From Phycisphaerales bacterium (lineage in GTDB: Bacteria; Planctomycetota; Phycisphaerae; Phycisphaerales; UBA1924): 64,000 nt of DNA. The position numbers were made by a program, and so were the translations under genes. The stretch lies in assembly GCA_029260475.1 (NCBI GenBank), contig JAJDDE010000124.1:10335-74334 (forward strand), in the 5' to 3' direction. This document shows positions 7,747-16,895 of this stretch, one piece after another (the stretch's first letter is position 1; each line of letters starts with the position of its first letter). A model generated the notes under the pieces. The model was not told where the DNA came from, did no database searches, and saw only the letters and a program-made list of their open reading frames with translations.

Positions 7747-9060
7747 ATGCCCGGCCCGAAAGTCCAGAGCGCCGAGATGGGCGACCCCGTCCTGCACGTG
7801 CAGCGCGCGGTCAGCCGGGCGGGCACAGAGCGGGAGCTCATCTACAACTTCGTGAGGGAACTGCAGGCGATCGGCGAGGTGCACCAGTACATGGAACTCG
7901 CGATCGTGCCCGGACGCGAGGACGCCTTCGTGATCGCGGACCACATCGACATGACCGACCCGGGCCTCACCCTCGAGACCGTCATGCGCCACAACAAGTG
8001 GCCCACCGGTCTGGAGCGCGAGACCATCCACACCGGCGGCCTCCTGGGCGAGATCATCAAGGGCGAGACTCCCAAAGTCAGCCGGGGCGTCTCGCCCGAG
8101 GACGACCCGCGTCTCGTCGGCATCATCCACACCCAGCGCGATGCACTCGCCGTGCCGATCTACTTCGACGGCGAGATCACGCAGTGGACCGTGCTCTTCC
8201 GTGCCCCGGGCCTCGAGCTGAGCGAGACCGACGTCCGGCTCGCCTGCGCCGTCGTCAACATGCTCTCGCGCGGCGCCTACCAGCTCCGGCTCCAACGCCA
8301 GGTCGAGGCGATGCACGAGCGCGAGCGCCGCAAGATCGAAGAGATCGCCCAGCTCCAGCGGTCGCTGTTGCCCCAGCGGCTGCCGCAACACCCGGCGCTC
8401 GATATCGCGGCCCACTACCGACCCTCCGACCTCGCCGGAGGCGACTTCTACGACTTCCGGGAGTTCGACAACGGCCAGCTGGGCATGATGATCGCCGACG
8501 TCGCGGGGCACGGACCCGCGGCCGCGGTGGTGATGGCGATGCTCCGCACCGCGATGGCCATGAACCGCACGATGGACGGTTCGGGCGACACCGTCGTCAC
8601 CGACATCAACCGCGCCATGAACGACGGCCTCCGCGCCGGCGTCTTCGTCACCGCCTTCTTCCTCCGGCTGAATCCGGCAACCGGGTTCTGCGGCTACGCG
8701 AACGCCGGGCACTGCCCGCCGCGCGTGCGCCGTGCCGGGGGCACGATCGAGACGCTGCACGAGAACGCGACGCCGCCGCTCGGCGTGCTCGAAGAGATCG
8801 AGACCCCGGGCGGCGAATGCACATTGCAGCCCGGCGAGTTCGTGGTCCTCTTCACCGACGGCATCAACGAGACCTTCAACATCGAGCACGAGCTCTACGG
8901 CTACGAGCGCCTCGACACCCTGATCCTCTCGCTGCCCGAGGACGCCTCTGCCCAGCACATCGTGGACGCGGTCATCGCCGATGTGGACCTTCACGCGGCG
9001 GGGAGGCCCGCGGACGACGACCGCTGCGTCGTCGTCCTGAGATATCTCGGCGGCACGTAA
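7747..9060 (+). CDS. GAF domain - PP2C/SpoIIE-family serine phosphatase
   Basis: 437 aa. The C-terminal half carries SpoIIE motifs: LAGGDFYDF, GMMIADVAGHGPAAAVVMAMLRT, LFTDGINE and DDRCVVVL. The N-terminal roughly 180 aa look GAF-like. Confidence 0.85.
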   Translation: MPGPKVQSAEMGDPVLHVQRAVSRAGTERELIYNFVRELQAIGEVHQYMELAIVPGREDAFVIADHIDMTDPGLTLETVMRHNKWPTGLERETIHTGGLLGEIIKGETPKVSRGVSPEDDPRLVGIIHTQRDALAVPIYFDGEITQWTVLFRAPGLELSETDVRLACAVVNMLSRGAYQLRLQRQVEAMHERERRKIEEIAQLQRSLLPQRLPQHPALDIAAHYRPSDLAGGDFYDFREFDNGQLGMMIADVAGHGPAAAVVMAMLRTAMAMNRTMDGSGDTVVTDINRAMNDGLRAGVFVTAFFLRLNPATGFCGYANAGHCPPRVRRAGGTIETLHENATPPLGVLEEIETPGGECTLQPGEFVVLFTDGINETFNIEHELYGYERLDTLILSLPEDASAQHIVDAVIADVDLHAAGRPADDDRCVVVLRYLGGT

Positions 9061-9115
9061 TCACGCGCCGCGGATTCCGAGTCACAATGGGCAGGACACC
9101 GGACTCTCAGGAAGG

Positions 9116-10315
9116 GTGAGCATGGACGAGACGAACCAAAAGCCTCCCGCCAAGCCCGTGCAGCCCGCCCAGCGGGCCCTGTCGATCGATGCGATCCGAG
9201 GGTTCGCGATCCTCGGCATCCTCCCCGTCAACATCCAGTACTTCGGGATGGGGCTCGACAAGATCGCGACCAACCCGACCGACACGGATCACTGGGTCCG
9301 GGCGATCGTACACGTACTCTTCGAGAGCAAATTCATCAGCATCTTCTCGTTGCTCTTCGGCGCCGGCATCGTGCTGATGGATCGCTCGGCACAGCGCAGG
9401 GGCACCTCGGGCACGGGCGTGTACCTGCGCCGCACCGCCATCCTGCTCACGATCGGCCTCATCCACGCCTACCTCTTCTGGTACGGCGACATTCTCGTCA
9501 CCTACGCCATCATCGGCTTCGCGGCCTACTGGTTCCGAAGGCTCGAGTGGAAGTGGCTCCTGCTCATCGGCGGCGCGCTCTTCTTCTTCGGGTGGCTCTT
9601 CACGTCATGGATTTTTGCGCAGGGTGGTGACAGCAGTGGGCTTATCTCTCGCGCCGACGAACTCGCTGCGGCTCGGGGCGGGTTCTTCGAGCGTGTGATG
9701 GCGCACATCTGGTTCGTGATCATCCTCCAAACCGTGTTCCTCGTGCTCTTTGCCGCCTGGTTCAACGCGGGCCTCATGCTCATCGGTATGGCCCTCGTCA
9801 AAGCGGGCTTCTTCACAGGTGAACTCGCGACCCGGCTCTACCTCGGGCTCATCGTCTTCGGCGCCGTGATCGCGATCCCCGCCATCACGATCGCAACGAG
9901 CACCATCCCCGAGGGTGCACAAATGTCAATGGCATACTCCTACGTCAACTTGGTCCTCGCCCCGGTGCTCGGCCTCGGGTACGCGTCGGTGATCATCCTC
10001 ATATGCACACGCCACAAGCACGCGAGGCTGCTCACCCCGCTCGCCGCGACAGGGCGCATGGCGCTCACGAACTACCTGTTCCAGTCCGTCGCCTGCGTGT
10101 TCCTCTTCTACGGCGGGCTCGGGGGCCTCGGTCTCATCGGGCGATACAACGATACGGGTGTGTTTCTCATCGGAGCTGGCATCATCGTCGCACAGCTCGT
10201 GCTCAGCACGCTGTGGCTCAGGGCGTTCCGATTCGGGCCGGCAGAGTGGCTATGGCGGTCGCTTACGTATGGTCGTGTGCAGCCGATGCTGCGATCTTCT
10301 CGAACGCCTCGGTGA
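9116..10315 (+). CDS. DUF418 (YeiB-like) polytopic membrane protein
   Basis: The N-terminal motif is LSIDAIRGFAILGILPVN and the C-terminal motif is RFGPAEWLWRSLTYG. Multiple TM segments are present. ATG 9122, preceded by AGGAAGG, is an alternative start. Confidence 0.8.
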   Translation: MSMDETNQKPPAKPVQPAQRALSIDAIRGFAILGILPVNIQYFGMGLDKIATNPTDTDHWVRAIVHVLFESKFISIFSLLFGAGIVLMDRSAQRRGTSGTGVYLRRTAILLTIGLIHAYLFWYGDILVTYAIIGFAAYWFRRLEWKWLLLIGGALFFFGWLFTSWIFAQGGDSSGLISRADELAAARGGFFERVMAHIWFVIILQTVFLVLFAAWFNAGLMLIGMALVKAGFFTGELATRLYLGLIVFGAVIAIPAITIATSTIPEGAQMSMAYSYVNLVLAPVLGLGYASVIILICTRHKHARLLTPLAATGRMALTNYLFQSVACVFLFYGGLGGLGLIGRYNDTGVFLIGAGIIVAQLVLSTLWLRAFRFGPAEWLWRSLTYGRVQPMLRSSRTPR

Positions 10316-10961
10316 ACACCGGACGTAGGTCCTCGACCAGCTTCTTGGTCTGCGCTCTCTCGAAGCCCATGCCGGTCCACGATTCGATTGACGAACGAAC
10401 CCGGTCGATCACATCCCCGTGTTCGCACCACCGCTTAGGAATGATCGTAATCCCGCCGGGATAGTGCAGCCCGAATGACTGTTCGCTCTCGGTCAGAGCG
10501 GTCATGATGTACCACGACGCAGCGCCTGTGTACCAAGCGAGTTCTGTTGTGCAACCGGCAGCCGAAAGCAGAACGCGGCGTTCGCCCAGAAACCACGACA
10601 TCCGCGTCGCGTCGGACATCGCCAAGTTCATCACCATCATCCGCAGCTTGCTCTGGTTCTTTGCGATGGAGGTCTGATCCATCCTTGGCAGACCCCAAGA
10701 GAGTTTGAAAAGGACGATCGAGAAGAACACGAGCAGGACGCTCACAGGCGTAGGCGCGTCAAATGCAATCGCGATCACAGCGAGTACGAAGAGCGCGACA
10801 CTCAGTACGCCGTTCCTGCGTCGCCCTGCGAGATATCGGATGCGCATCGCAGCGAGCTCTTGATTCGAGCCGATCGTCTCCCATGCGAACGCATGTTCTT
10901 CGATGATCTCATCGGGCGTAAACGTCCCGTTCAGTTCGATTTCCTCAGTCGCGCGGTTCAC
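10263..10961 (-). CDS. Hypothetical membrane protein (two central TM helices, YcxB-like layout)
   Basis: 232 aa with a GTG start. The TM pair is VLSVALFVLAVIAIAF / VSVLLVFFSIVLF. It is visibly less GC-rich than its flanks. Its 3' end overlaps the convergent DUF418 gene by 53 nt. I recognised no family. Confidence 0.55.
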   Translation of the reverse strand: MNRATEEIELNGTFTPDEIIEEHAFAWETIGSNQELAAMRIRYLAGRRRNGVLSVALFVLAVIAIAFDAPTPVSVLLVFFSIVLFKLSWGLPRMDQTSIAKNQSKLRMMVMNLAMSDATRMSWFLGERRVLLSAAGCTTELAWYTGAASWYIMTALTESEQSFGLHYPGGITIIPKRWCEHGDVIDRVRSSIESWTGMGFERAQTKKLVEDLRPVFTEAFEKIAASAAHDHT

Positions 10962-10970
10962 ACGGGCATC

Positions 10971-12143
10971 CTACCGCGAAGCCGACCGAATCCACCCGCC
11001 CCCAACAACCACATCCGGATCGTCGTCGTCGTAGATCACCAGCGCCTGCCCCGGCGCCACCGCCCGCTGCTTCTCCTCAAACCGCACCTGAAACACGCCT
11101 AGGCGACCAGACGGCGACGCCTCGCCCTCCGGCATCACCCCGTCCGTGCGCACCTCGGCGCGGACAGCGGGGGAGTTGTACCGGTGCTGCACCCAGGCCG
11201 GCGTCCAGTCGCGGTACTTCGAGGCGTCCGTCAGCCAGTTCGCCTCGCCCACGCTGCACGCGCTGGAGAAGAGCCCCTCGCCGTCGCCGACGGTGATGGT
11301 GTTGGTCGCGGGGTTCTTGTCCACAACGTAGATCGGGTAGCCCAGCGCCACGCCCACGCCGCGCCGCTGTCCGATGGTGAAGCGGTGCTGCCCGTCGTGC
11401 GCGCCGACCACGTTCCCCGCCTCGTCGAGGATCGATCCCTTCGCCGCGAGCTCGGGGCGGCGGCGCTCCACGAGCCCCGCGTAGTCGTTGTCGGGCACGA
11501 AGCAGATCTCCTGCGAGTCTGGCTTGTCGAAGACCGGCAAGCCCAGCTCCTCGGCGATCGCCCGCACCTCGCTCTTCTGATACCCGCCGATGGGCAGCAT
11601 CATCTTTGTCAGCCGCTCCCGGCTCGCGCCGAAGAGCACATAGGACTGGTCCTTGGACACGTCCACGCCCCGCTTGAGCCGCCCGTTCTCCACGCGTGCG
11701 TAGTGCCCGCTCGCGACGAACTCCGCGTCGATCTGGTGCGCGTAATCGTGGAGCTTGCCGAACTTCAACCAGTCGTTGCAGCGGACACACGGGTTCGGCG
11801 TCGCGCCGCTCGCGTAGCTCTCTACGAAGTAGTCGATGATCCGCCCGAAGTCCTTCTTGAAGTTGCAGACGTAAAAGGGCACCCCCAGCCCGCCCGCCAC
11901 CCCCCGCGCATCCGCGGCGTCATTGATCGAGCAGCACCCCTGGTGCCCGATCTTCACCTTCGCGGGGTCGCAGGAGACGCCCGCAGTGTCAAAGGGCGTG
12001 AGCTCGCCCACGGTCTCGCCGGGCGATCCCAGACGCATGAACACGCCCACCACCTCGTACCCCTCGCGCATCAGCAGCGCCGCGGCGACAGAACTGTCAA
12101 CACCGCCGGACATCGCGACGAGAACTTTGCCTTTGCTGGGCAT
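10971..12143 (-). CDS. mnmA: tRNA 2-thiouridine(34) synthase MnmA
   Basis: The PP-loop VLVAMSGGVDSSVAAALL is present, with conserved CCSINDAADAR, VRCNDWLKFG and KDQSYVL. The start is taken at ATG 12143 (MPSKGKVLVAMSGG); the track ORF extends to 12191. Confidence 0.93.
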   Translation of the reverse strand: MPSKGKVLVAMSGGVDSSVAAALLMREGYEVVGVFMRLGSPGETVGELTPFDTAGVSCDPAKVKIGHQGCCSINDAADARGVAGGLGVPFYVCNFKKDFGRIIDYFVESYASGATPNPCVRCNDWLKFGKLHDYAHQIDAEFVASGHYARVENGRLKRGVDVSKDQSYVLFGASRERLTKMMLPIGGYQKSEVRAIAEELGLPVFDKPDSQEICFVPDNDYAGLVERRRPELAAKGSILDEAGNVVGAHDGQHRFTIGQRRGVGVALGYPIYVVDKNPATNTITVGDGEGLFSSACSVGEANWLTDASKYRDWTPAWVQHRYNSPAVRAEVRTDGVMPEGEASPSGRLGVFQVRFEEKQRAVAPGQALVIYDDDDPDVVVGGGWIRSASR

Positions 12144-12218
12144 CACCAACTCTATGCGCCCCTCACCGGCGTGCCCTCTCCCCGGTGGCACCGGTCTCCG
12201 ACCGGTGTTTCTGCCCGC

Positions 12219-12794
12219 TCATTTCATGCGAGCCATCACGGACCCGATCACCGCGCTCAGCAGCAGCATCCCACCGAAAAACAGCGACGGAATCCCAAGC
12301 AGCCACATCCACATCGCACCGGGTGGGGCACCCATGGGTCGCCACGCGACGATCCGCACCGCGACCGCCATCTCCGAACCAACCGCCGGATCGAGCGACA
12401 CCGTCGTCATCTCGTCCGCCGGATTCCGAGGCCACCACACCGCAGCCTGGCCAACGAATCCCAAGAGGACACCATCCAGTTCGATCGGTGCTCGCAATTC
12501 GTCGCTCCACCACCGAGCGTCCTGCTCCGGCGCGAATCCAATCCACGACGAGGCGTTCTCTGCGGGCGCATCCCGCGCGTACACCTCGAATCGGTAGCAC
12601 ACCGCTGGGTCCAGTACGAATTCGAAGGGCAGCGTCTCGGTGCGCCCGAGTGCATCCAATTTGTCCCGGTCCCGGTCACTCCACCACTGAGCGCCACCAA
12701 TGAGCAGCGTCGCCAACGCAAGCATCGAACACGAGGTCACCCACAGCCTGGTGAGCCATCGAGGCCGGGCTTTGGTTGTTGCTGGTTCGGTCAT
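12219..12794 (-). CDS. Hypothetical membrane protein (N- and C-terminal TM helices)
   Basis: 191 aa with good GC3 bias and TM segments at both ends. No recognisable domain. Confidence 0.55.
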   Translation of the reverse strand: MTEPATTKARPRWLTRLWVTSCSMLALATLLIGGAQWWSDRDRDKLDALGRTETLPFEFVLDPAVCYRFEVYARDAPAENASSWIGFAPEQDARWWSDELRAPIELDGVLLGFVGQAAVWWPRNPADEMTTVSLDPAVGSEMAVAVRIVAWRPMGAPPGAMWMWLLGIPSLFFGGMLLLSAVIGSVMARMK

Positions 12795-12859
12795 GCTCGC
12801 AGCCTTCTATCAACCCCATACGTCTTGGTCGTAGGCGCAGATTCGTAGACGCACGCACT

Positions 12860-13732
12860 TCATCCCGCTTGCCGTGGACCGTTGATCCGATAGTGCAGAC
12901 GCAGCATCGTGCGCCGCCACAGCGTCAGGGTGTGATCGGTCCGAAGGACGCCCTCGTCGTCCTCATCCAGCGCGATCTTCTCGCGGAACGTGCGGATGTA
13001 CTGCGCAAAGTGGCGACCCTTCTTATCGACGAGCAGGAAGTAGAAACCGGGATCGCCGAACTTCTCGCCGCGGGAGTGGAGATTGAGACCACCGGTCTCG
13101 GTGACCTCCGGTTCCAGGACGACGGTCGCGTTCCCTCGAGGCAAGGGGAACACAACCCGCATGCAGGTGCCCCGCCCGGGCGGGCGACACCCGGAGTAGT
13201 ACCCAGAGTAGACCACTTGGCCCGTGCTCTTGAGCACGCGGTGCCACGCGGTGTGCCGGACCTCGCCCGTCGCCGGATCAACGAGCTTGATGACCACGCT
13301 CTCCATGCCGCGCGCCGTATCCAGCGGGTCTTGCGGCAGGTCCAACTGGCGCAGTCGCCTGCTGTACAGGCGTTGGATCAGCCGCCCACCGATGCCGAAA
13401 AAGGGCGTCCACGCGGTCCAGATATCGAGGTCGTACCCCGTCGTGCCTTCGTAGAAGGCGCGGATACGGGGGTTGAGACGCACCAGTGCCTCGTCGTCAA
13501 GAACATCGCTCATGGATTCAAGAAGCCCGGCGCGTTCCGTGCATCGCCGGACCTCGAGCCCCTCTTCGTCCGCCAGCCGCTCGATGTGTGATGCGCCAAT
13601 GACGTCCACGAATCCGAATGGCCCCATCAGCCACCCGATCTCATCGGGTTCCACGCGTCGCCCCATCAGCATGACCCATCGCTGGCTGATCCAGTCCTGG
13701 AGACGCTGCGAAGGGTATTGCAAAGCGGGCAT
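12860..13732 (-). CDS. Conserved hypothetical protein (family not recognised; possibly DUF4166-like)
   Basis: 290 aa with coding-like composition and an ATG start. It is divergent from putA. No motif that I can name confidently. Confidence 0.55.
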   Translation of the reverse strand: MPALQYPSQRLQDWISQRWVMLMGRRVEPDEIGWLMGPFGFVDVIGASHIERLADEEGLEVRRCTERAGLLESMSDVLDDEALVRLNPRIRAFYEGTTGYDLDIWTAWTPFFGIGGRLIQRLYSRRLRQLDLPQDPLDTARGMESVVIKLVDPATGEVRHTAWHRVLKSTGQVVYSGYYSGCRPPGRGTCMRVVFPLPRGNATVVLEPEVTETGGLNLHSRGEKFGDPGFYFLLVDKKGRHFAQYIRTFREKIALDEDDEGVLRTDHTLTLWRRTMLRLHYRINGPRQAG

Positions 13733-13829
13733 GACTAATCATACGAAGGGCCCCCGGGCATGAGCGGGGCGTGCGGGATATCTACACTCCCCTTCACCCC
13801 TCGCCAGCAGCGGGGGCGGAGGATTGCGC

Positions 13830-16800
13830 ATGCCATGGTTCCGCCGCGGCCCCAAGACCGCGACCGCTGATCGACCCATCCCCGTCTCCCTCCCCGCCGC
13901 CTCGCCCGGGGCGACGCGCGATGCGCTGCGCACCGATGCGCCCTGGCGCGAGGACCGGGTCATCGAGTTCGGCCTCGAGATCCTCGAGCGTGCGCGCGGG
14001 CACAAGTCGGGCCTCTTCTCCAAACAGTTCTGGTCCGACAAGCTCATGGACTGGTCCATGCGCGACCACGAGTTCAAGGTCCAGTTCTTCCGCTTCGTGG
14101 ACGCCTTCCCCGTGCTGCGCCACTCGCCCGAGGCGGTCTACGACCACCTCAAGGACTACATGGAGCAGCCCGGCGTCACCCCGCCCCCCGGCATGGCCTC
14201 GGGCATCAAGGCGGGCGGCGTCGCGAAGGGCGTCTTCTCGAAGACCATCGCCGGGCAGATCGAGGGCATGGGGCGCAAATTCATCGCGGGCACCGACGCC
14301 AAGGACGCCCTCCCCCAGCTCGAAAAACTCTGGAAAAACGGCATCGGTTTCAGCGTGGACCTCCTGGGCGAGGCGTGCGTCTCGAGCAAGGAGGCCGACG
14401 CCTACCTCGACAAGTACATGGACCTCGTGCAGAACCTGCCCGAGACCGTCCGCTTGTGGGTCCCGAACGAGCAGCTCGAGAACGATCATCTGGGTCCCAT
14501 CCCGCGGACCAACGTCTCCATCAAGATCAGTTCCCTCAGCGCGCAGTGCGACCCGATCGACCCCGACGGCGCGATCGCGGACATGAAGTCCCGCATCCTG
14601 CCCATCCTCAACGCCGCCCGCGAGCGCGGGGTCTTCATCAACTTCGACATGGAGCACTACGCCCTCAAGGACCTCACCCTCCGCCTCTTCATGGAGTGCT
14701 GCGAGGAGGTCGAGTTCGAGGCGGGCATCGCGATGCAGGCCTACCTCCGCTCGGGCGACGAGGACGCTCGCACCATCTGCCAGTGGGCAAAGCGGACCGG
14801 GCGACAGGTCAGCGTCCGCCTCGTGAAGGGCGCCTACTGGGACGCCGAAACCATCCACGCGGAACTCGAAGGCTGGCACTGCCCCGTGTGGAGCGTGAAG
14901 CGCGACAGCGACGCCTGCTTCGAGCGCATGACCGAGGCCTTCCTCGACGCCACGCCCCGCTCGCAGGGAGAGGGCGGCGTGAAACTCGCCCTAGGCTCGC
15001 ACAACGCTCGTTCCATCGGCGCCGCACTCGACGGGCTCGAACGGCGAGGCCTCCCCAGCAACGCCATCGAACTCCAGATGCTCCACGGCATGGCCGACCA
15101 GCTCAAGCACGCCGGCACCGAGATGGGCCTCCGCGTCCGCGAGTACGTCCCCGTCGGTGAGATGATCCCGGGCATGGCCTACCTCGTGCGCCGCCTGCTC
15201 GAGAACACATCCAATGAGTCCTGGCTCAAAGCCGGCTTCCTCGACAACGCGGAGCCCACGCTCCTGCTCGCCTCGCCCCACGACGCTCCCGGCGCCGAGC
15301 GACCGCAGGATCTCTCGACCATCGCCAACGAGCGACACATCCTCTCCCCCGCGATCGAGGGCGTCGGCGACGGTCGCCCCTTCTTCACCACGCCTGTGCG
15401 CGACTTCGCGGAGGCCGACCAGCGCGAGAACTTCGCGCGCGCCGCTGAGCGTGCAGAGGTCCCCCGTGTTGCGCTCGACGCGACCGCCGAAGACGCGGAA
15501 CGCGCCATCGATGACCTCCACGCCTTCTTCCCGACATGGCGCGATACGGACCCCATCGAGCGCGCCACCATCATCGATCGTGCCGCTGATCTCATGACCG
15601 CCCGACGCGACGAATTCTCGGGGGTCATCATGAAGGAGAACGGCAAGCCCCGGCGCGAGGCGGACGCGGACGTCACCGAGGCCATCGACTTCTGCCGCTA
15701 CTACGCGCGGTCAGCGCCCGCGCTCTTCCAGCGGGATCGCCTGGGCCGATTCATCGGGGAACTCGACCAGCTCTGGCACGAGCCGAGGGGCGTCGCCGCC
15801 GTCATCAGCCCGTGGAACTTCCCTCTCGCCATCTCCTGCGGCATGACCACCGCCGCCCTCGTCACCGGCAACACCGTGGCGCTCAAGCCCGCCGAGCAGA
15901 CGCCCGCCATCGCCAAGCTGCTCGTGGACATTCTCTTCCAGGCGGGCCTGCCCAAGGACGCGCTGCGGTTCCTCAGCGGCCCGGGCGAGACCGTCGGCGC
16001 CGCGCTCGTCCGCGACCCGCGCACGGCGCTCATCGCGTTCACGGGTTCCAAGGCGGTCGGCCTCGACATCATCAGGGCCGCGGGGATTGTGGATCAGGAC
16101 GCAGGGCAGCAGCACGTCAAGAAAGTCCTCTGCGAGATGGGCGGCAAGAACGCCATCATCATCGATACCTCCGCCGACATCGACGAGGCCGTCATCGGCG
16201 TCCGCTACTCCGCGTTCGGCTTCAGCGGGCAGAAGTGCAGCGCCTGCTCGCGCTGCATCATCGTGGACCCCGAGGGCCCGGACGGCACCGCGACGCGCAA
16301 TTTCCTCGATCGCTTCGTCCCCGCGGTCGAGGCCTTCATCACCGGCGATCCGATGCTGCCCGGTACGGACATGGGCCCGGTGATCGATGAGGAGGCCGCG
16401 AACACCATCATGGCCGCCATCGAGCGCGCCAAACAGGAGATCGGCCCGCCCGCGCTCGAGATGGAACACCACACGCTCCCCGAGGACTCGCCCACGATCC
16501 CAAAGCGCGTCATCGGACCGACGATCTTCACCGGCGTGCGCCCCGAGCACGACCTCGCGCGCAACGAGGTCTTCGGCCCCGTCCTCGCGGTCATGCACGC
16601 CCTGTCGTACGACGAGGCCATCCGCATCGCCAACGACCATCACTACAAGCTCACCGGCGCCGTCTACACCCGCAAGCCGGTGCACATCGAGCGCGCCAAA
16701 CGCGAGTTCCGCGTCGGCAACCTGTACATCAACCGCCCCTGCACCGGCGCCCTCGTCGCCCGCCACCCCTTCGGCGGCTTCGCCCTCTCCGGCGTCGGTT

Positions 16801-16895
16801 CCAAGGCGGGCGGTCCCGAATACCTCGAGCAGTTCGTGGTGCCGCGTGCCTGCGCCGAGAACACCATGCGCCGCGGATTCGCGCCCGAGCTTTAA
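13830..16895 (+). CDS. putA: Bifunctional proline dehydrogenase / L-glutamate-gamma-semialdehyde dehydrogenase
   Basis: About 1020 aa. The N-terminal half resembles proline dehydrogenase. The C-terminal half is an aldehyde dehydrogenase with ISPWNFPLAI, EMGGKNAIIID and FGFSGQKCSACSR. The start is ATG 13830, 7 nt after GGAGG; the track begins at TTG 13824. Confidence 0.92.
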   Translation: MPWFRRGPKTATADRPIPVSLPAASPGATRDALRTDAPWREDRVIEFGLEILERARGHKSGLFSKQFWSDKLMDWSMRDHEFKVQFFRFVDAFPVLRHSPEAVYDHLKDYMEQPGVTPPPGMASGIKAGGVAKGVFSKTIAGQIEGMGRKFIAGTDAKDALPQLEKLWKNGIGFSVDLLGEACVSSKEADAYLDKYMDLVQNLPETVRLWVPNEQLENDHLGPIPRTNVSIKISSLSAQCDPIDPDGAIADMKSRILPILNAARERGVFINFDMEHYALKDLTLRLFMECCEEVEFEAGIAMQAYLRSGDEDARTICQWAKRTGRQVSVRLVKGAYWDAETIHAELEGWHCPVWSVKRDSDACFERMTEAFLDATPRSQGEGGVKLALGSHNARSIGAALDGLERRGLPSNAIELQMLHGMADQLKHAGTEMGLRVREYVPVGEMIPGMAYLVRRLLENTSNESWLKAGFLDNAEPTLLLASPHDAPGAERPQDLSTIANERHILSPAIEGVGDGRPFFTTPVRDFAEADQRENFARAAERAEVPRVALDATAEDAERAIDDLHAFFPTWRDTDPIERATIIDRAADLMTARRDEFSGVIMKENGKPRREADADVTEAIDFCRYYARSAPALFQRDRLGRFIGELDQLWHEPRGVAAVISPWNFPLAISCGMTTAALVTGNTVALKPAEQTPAIAKLLVDILFQAGLPKDALRFLSGPGETVGAALVRDPRTALIAFTGSKAVGLDIIRAAGIVDQDAGQQHVKKVLCEMGGKNAIIIDTSADIDEAVIGVRYSAFGFSGQKCSACSRCIIVDPEGPDGTATRNFLDRFVPAVEAFITGDPMLPGTDMGPVIDEEAANTIMAAIERAKQEIGPPALEMEHHTLPEDSPTIPKRVIGPTIFTGVRPEHDLARNEVFGPVLAVMHALSYDEAIRIANDHHYKLTGAVYTRKPVHIERAKREFRVGNLYINRPCTGALVARHPFGGFALSGVGSKAGGPEYLEQFVVPRACAENTMRRGFAPEL

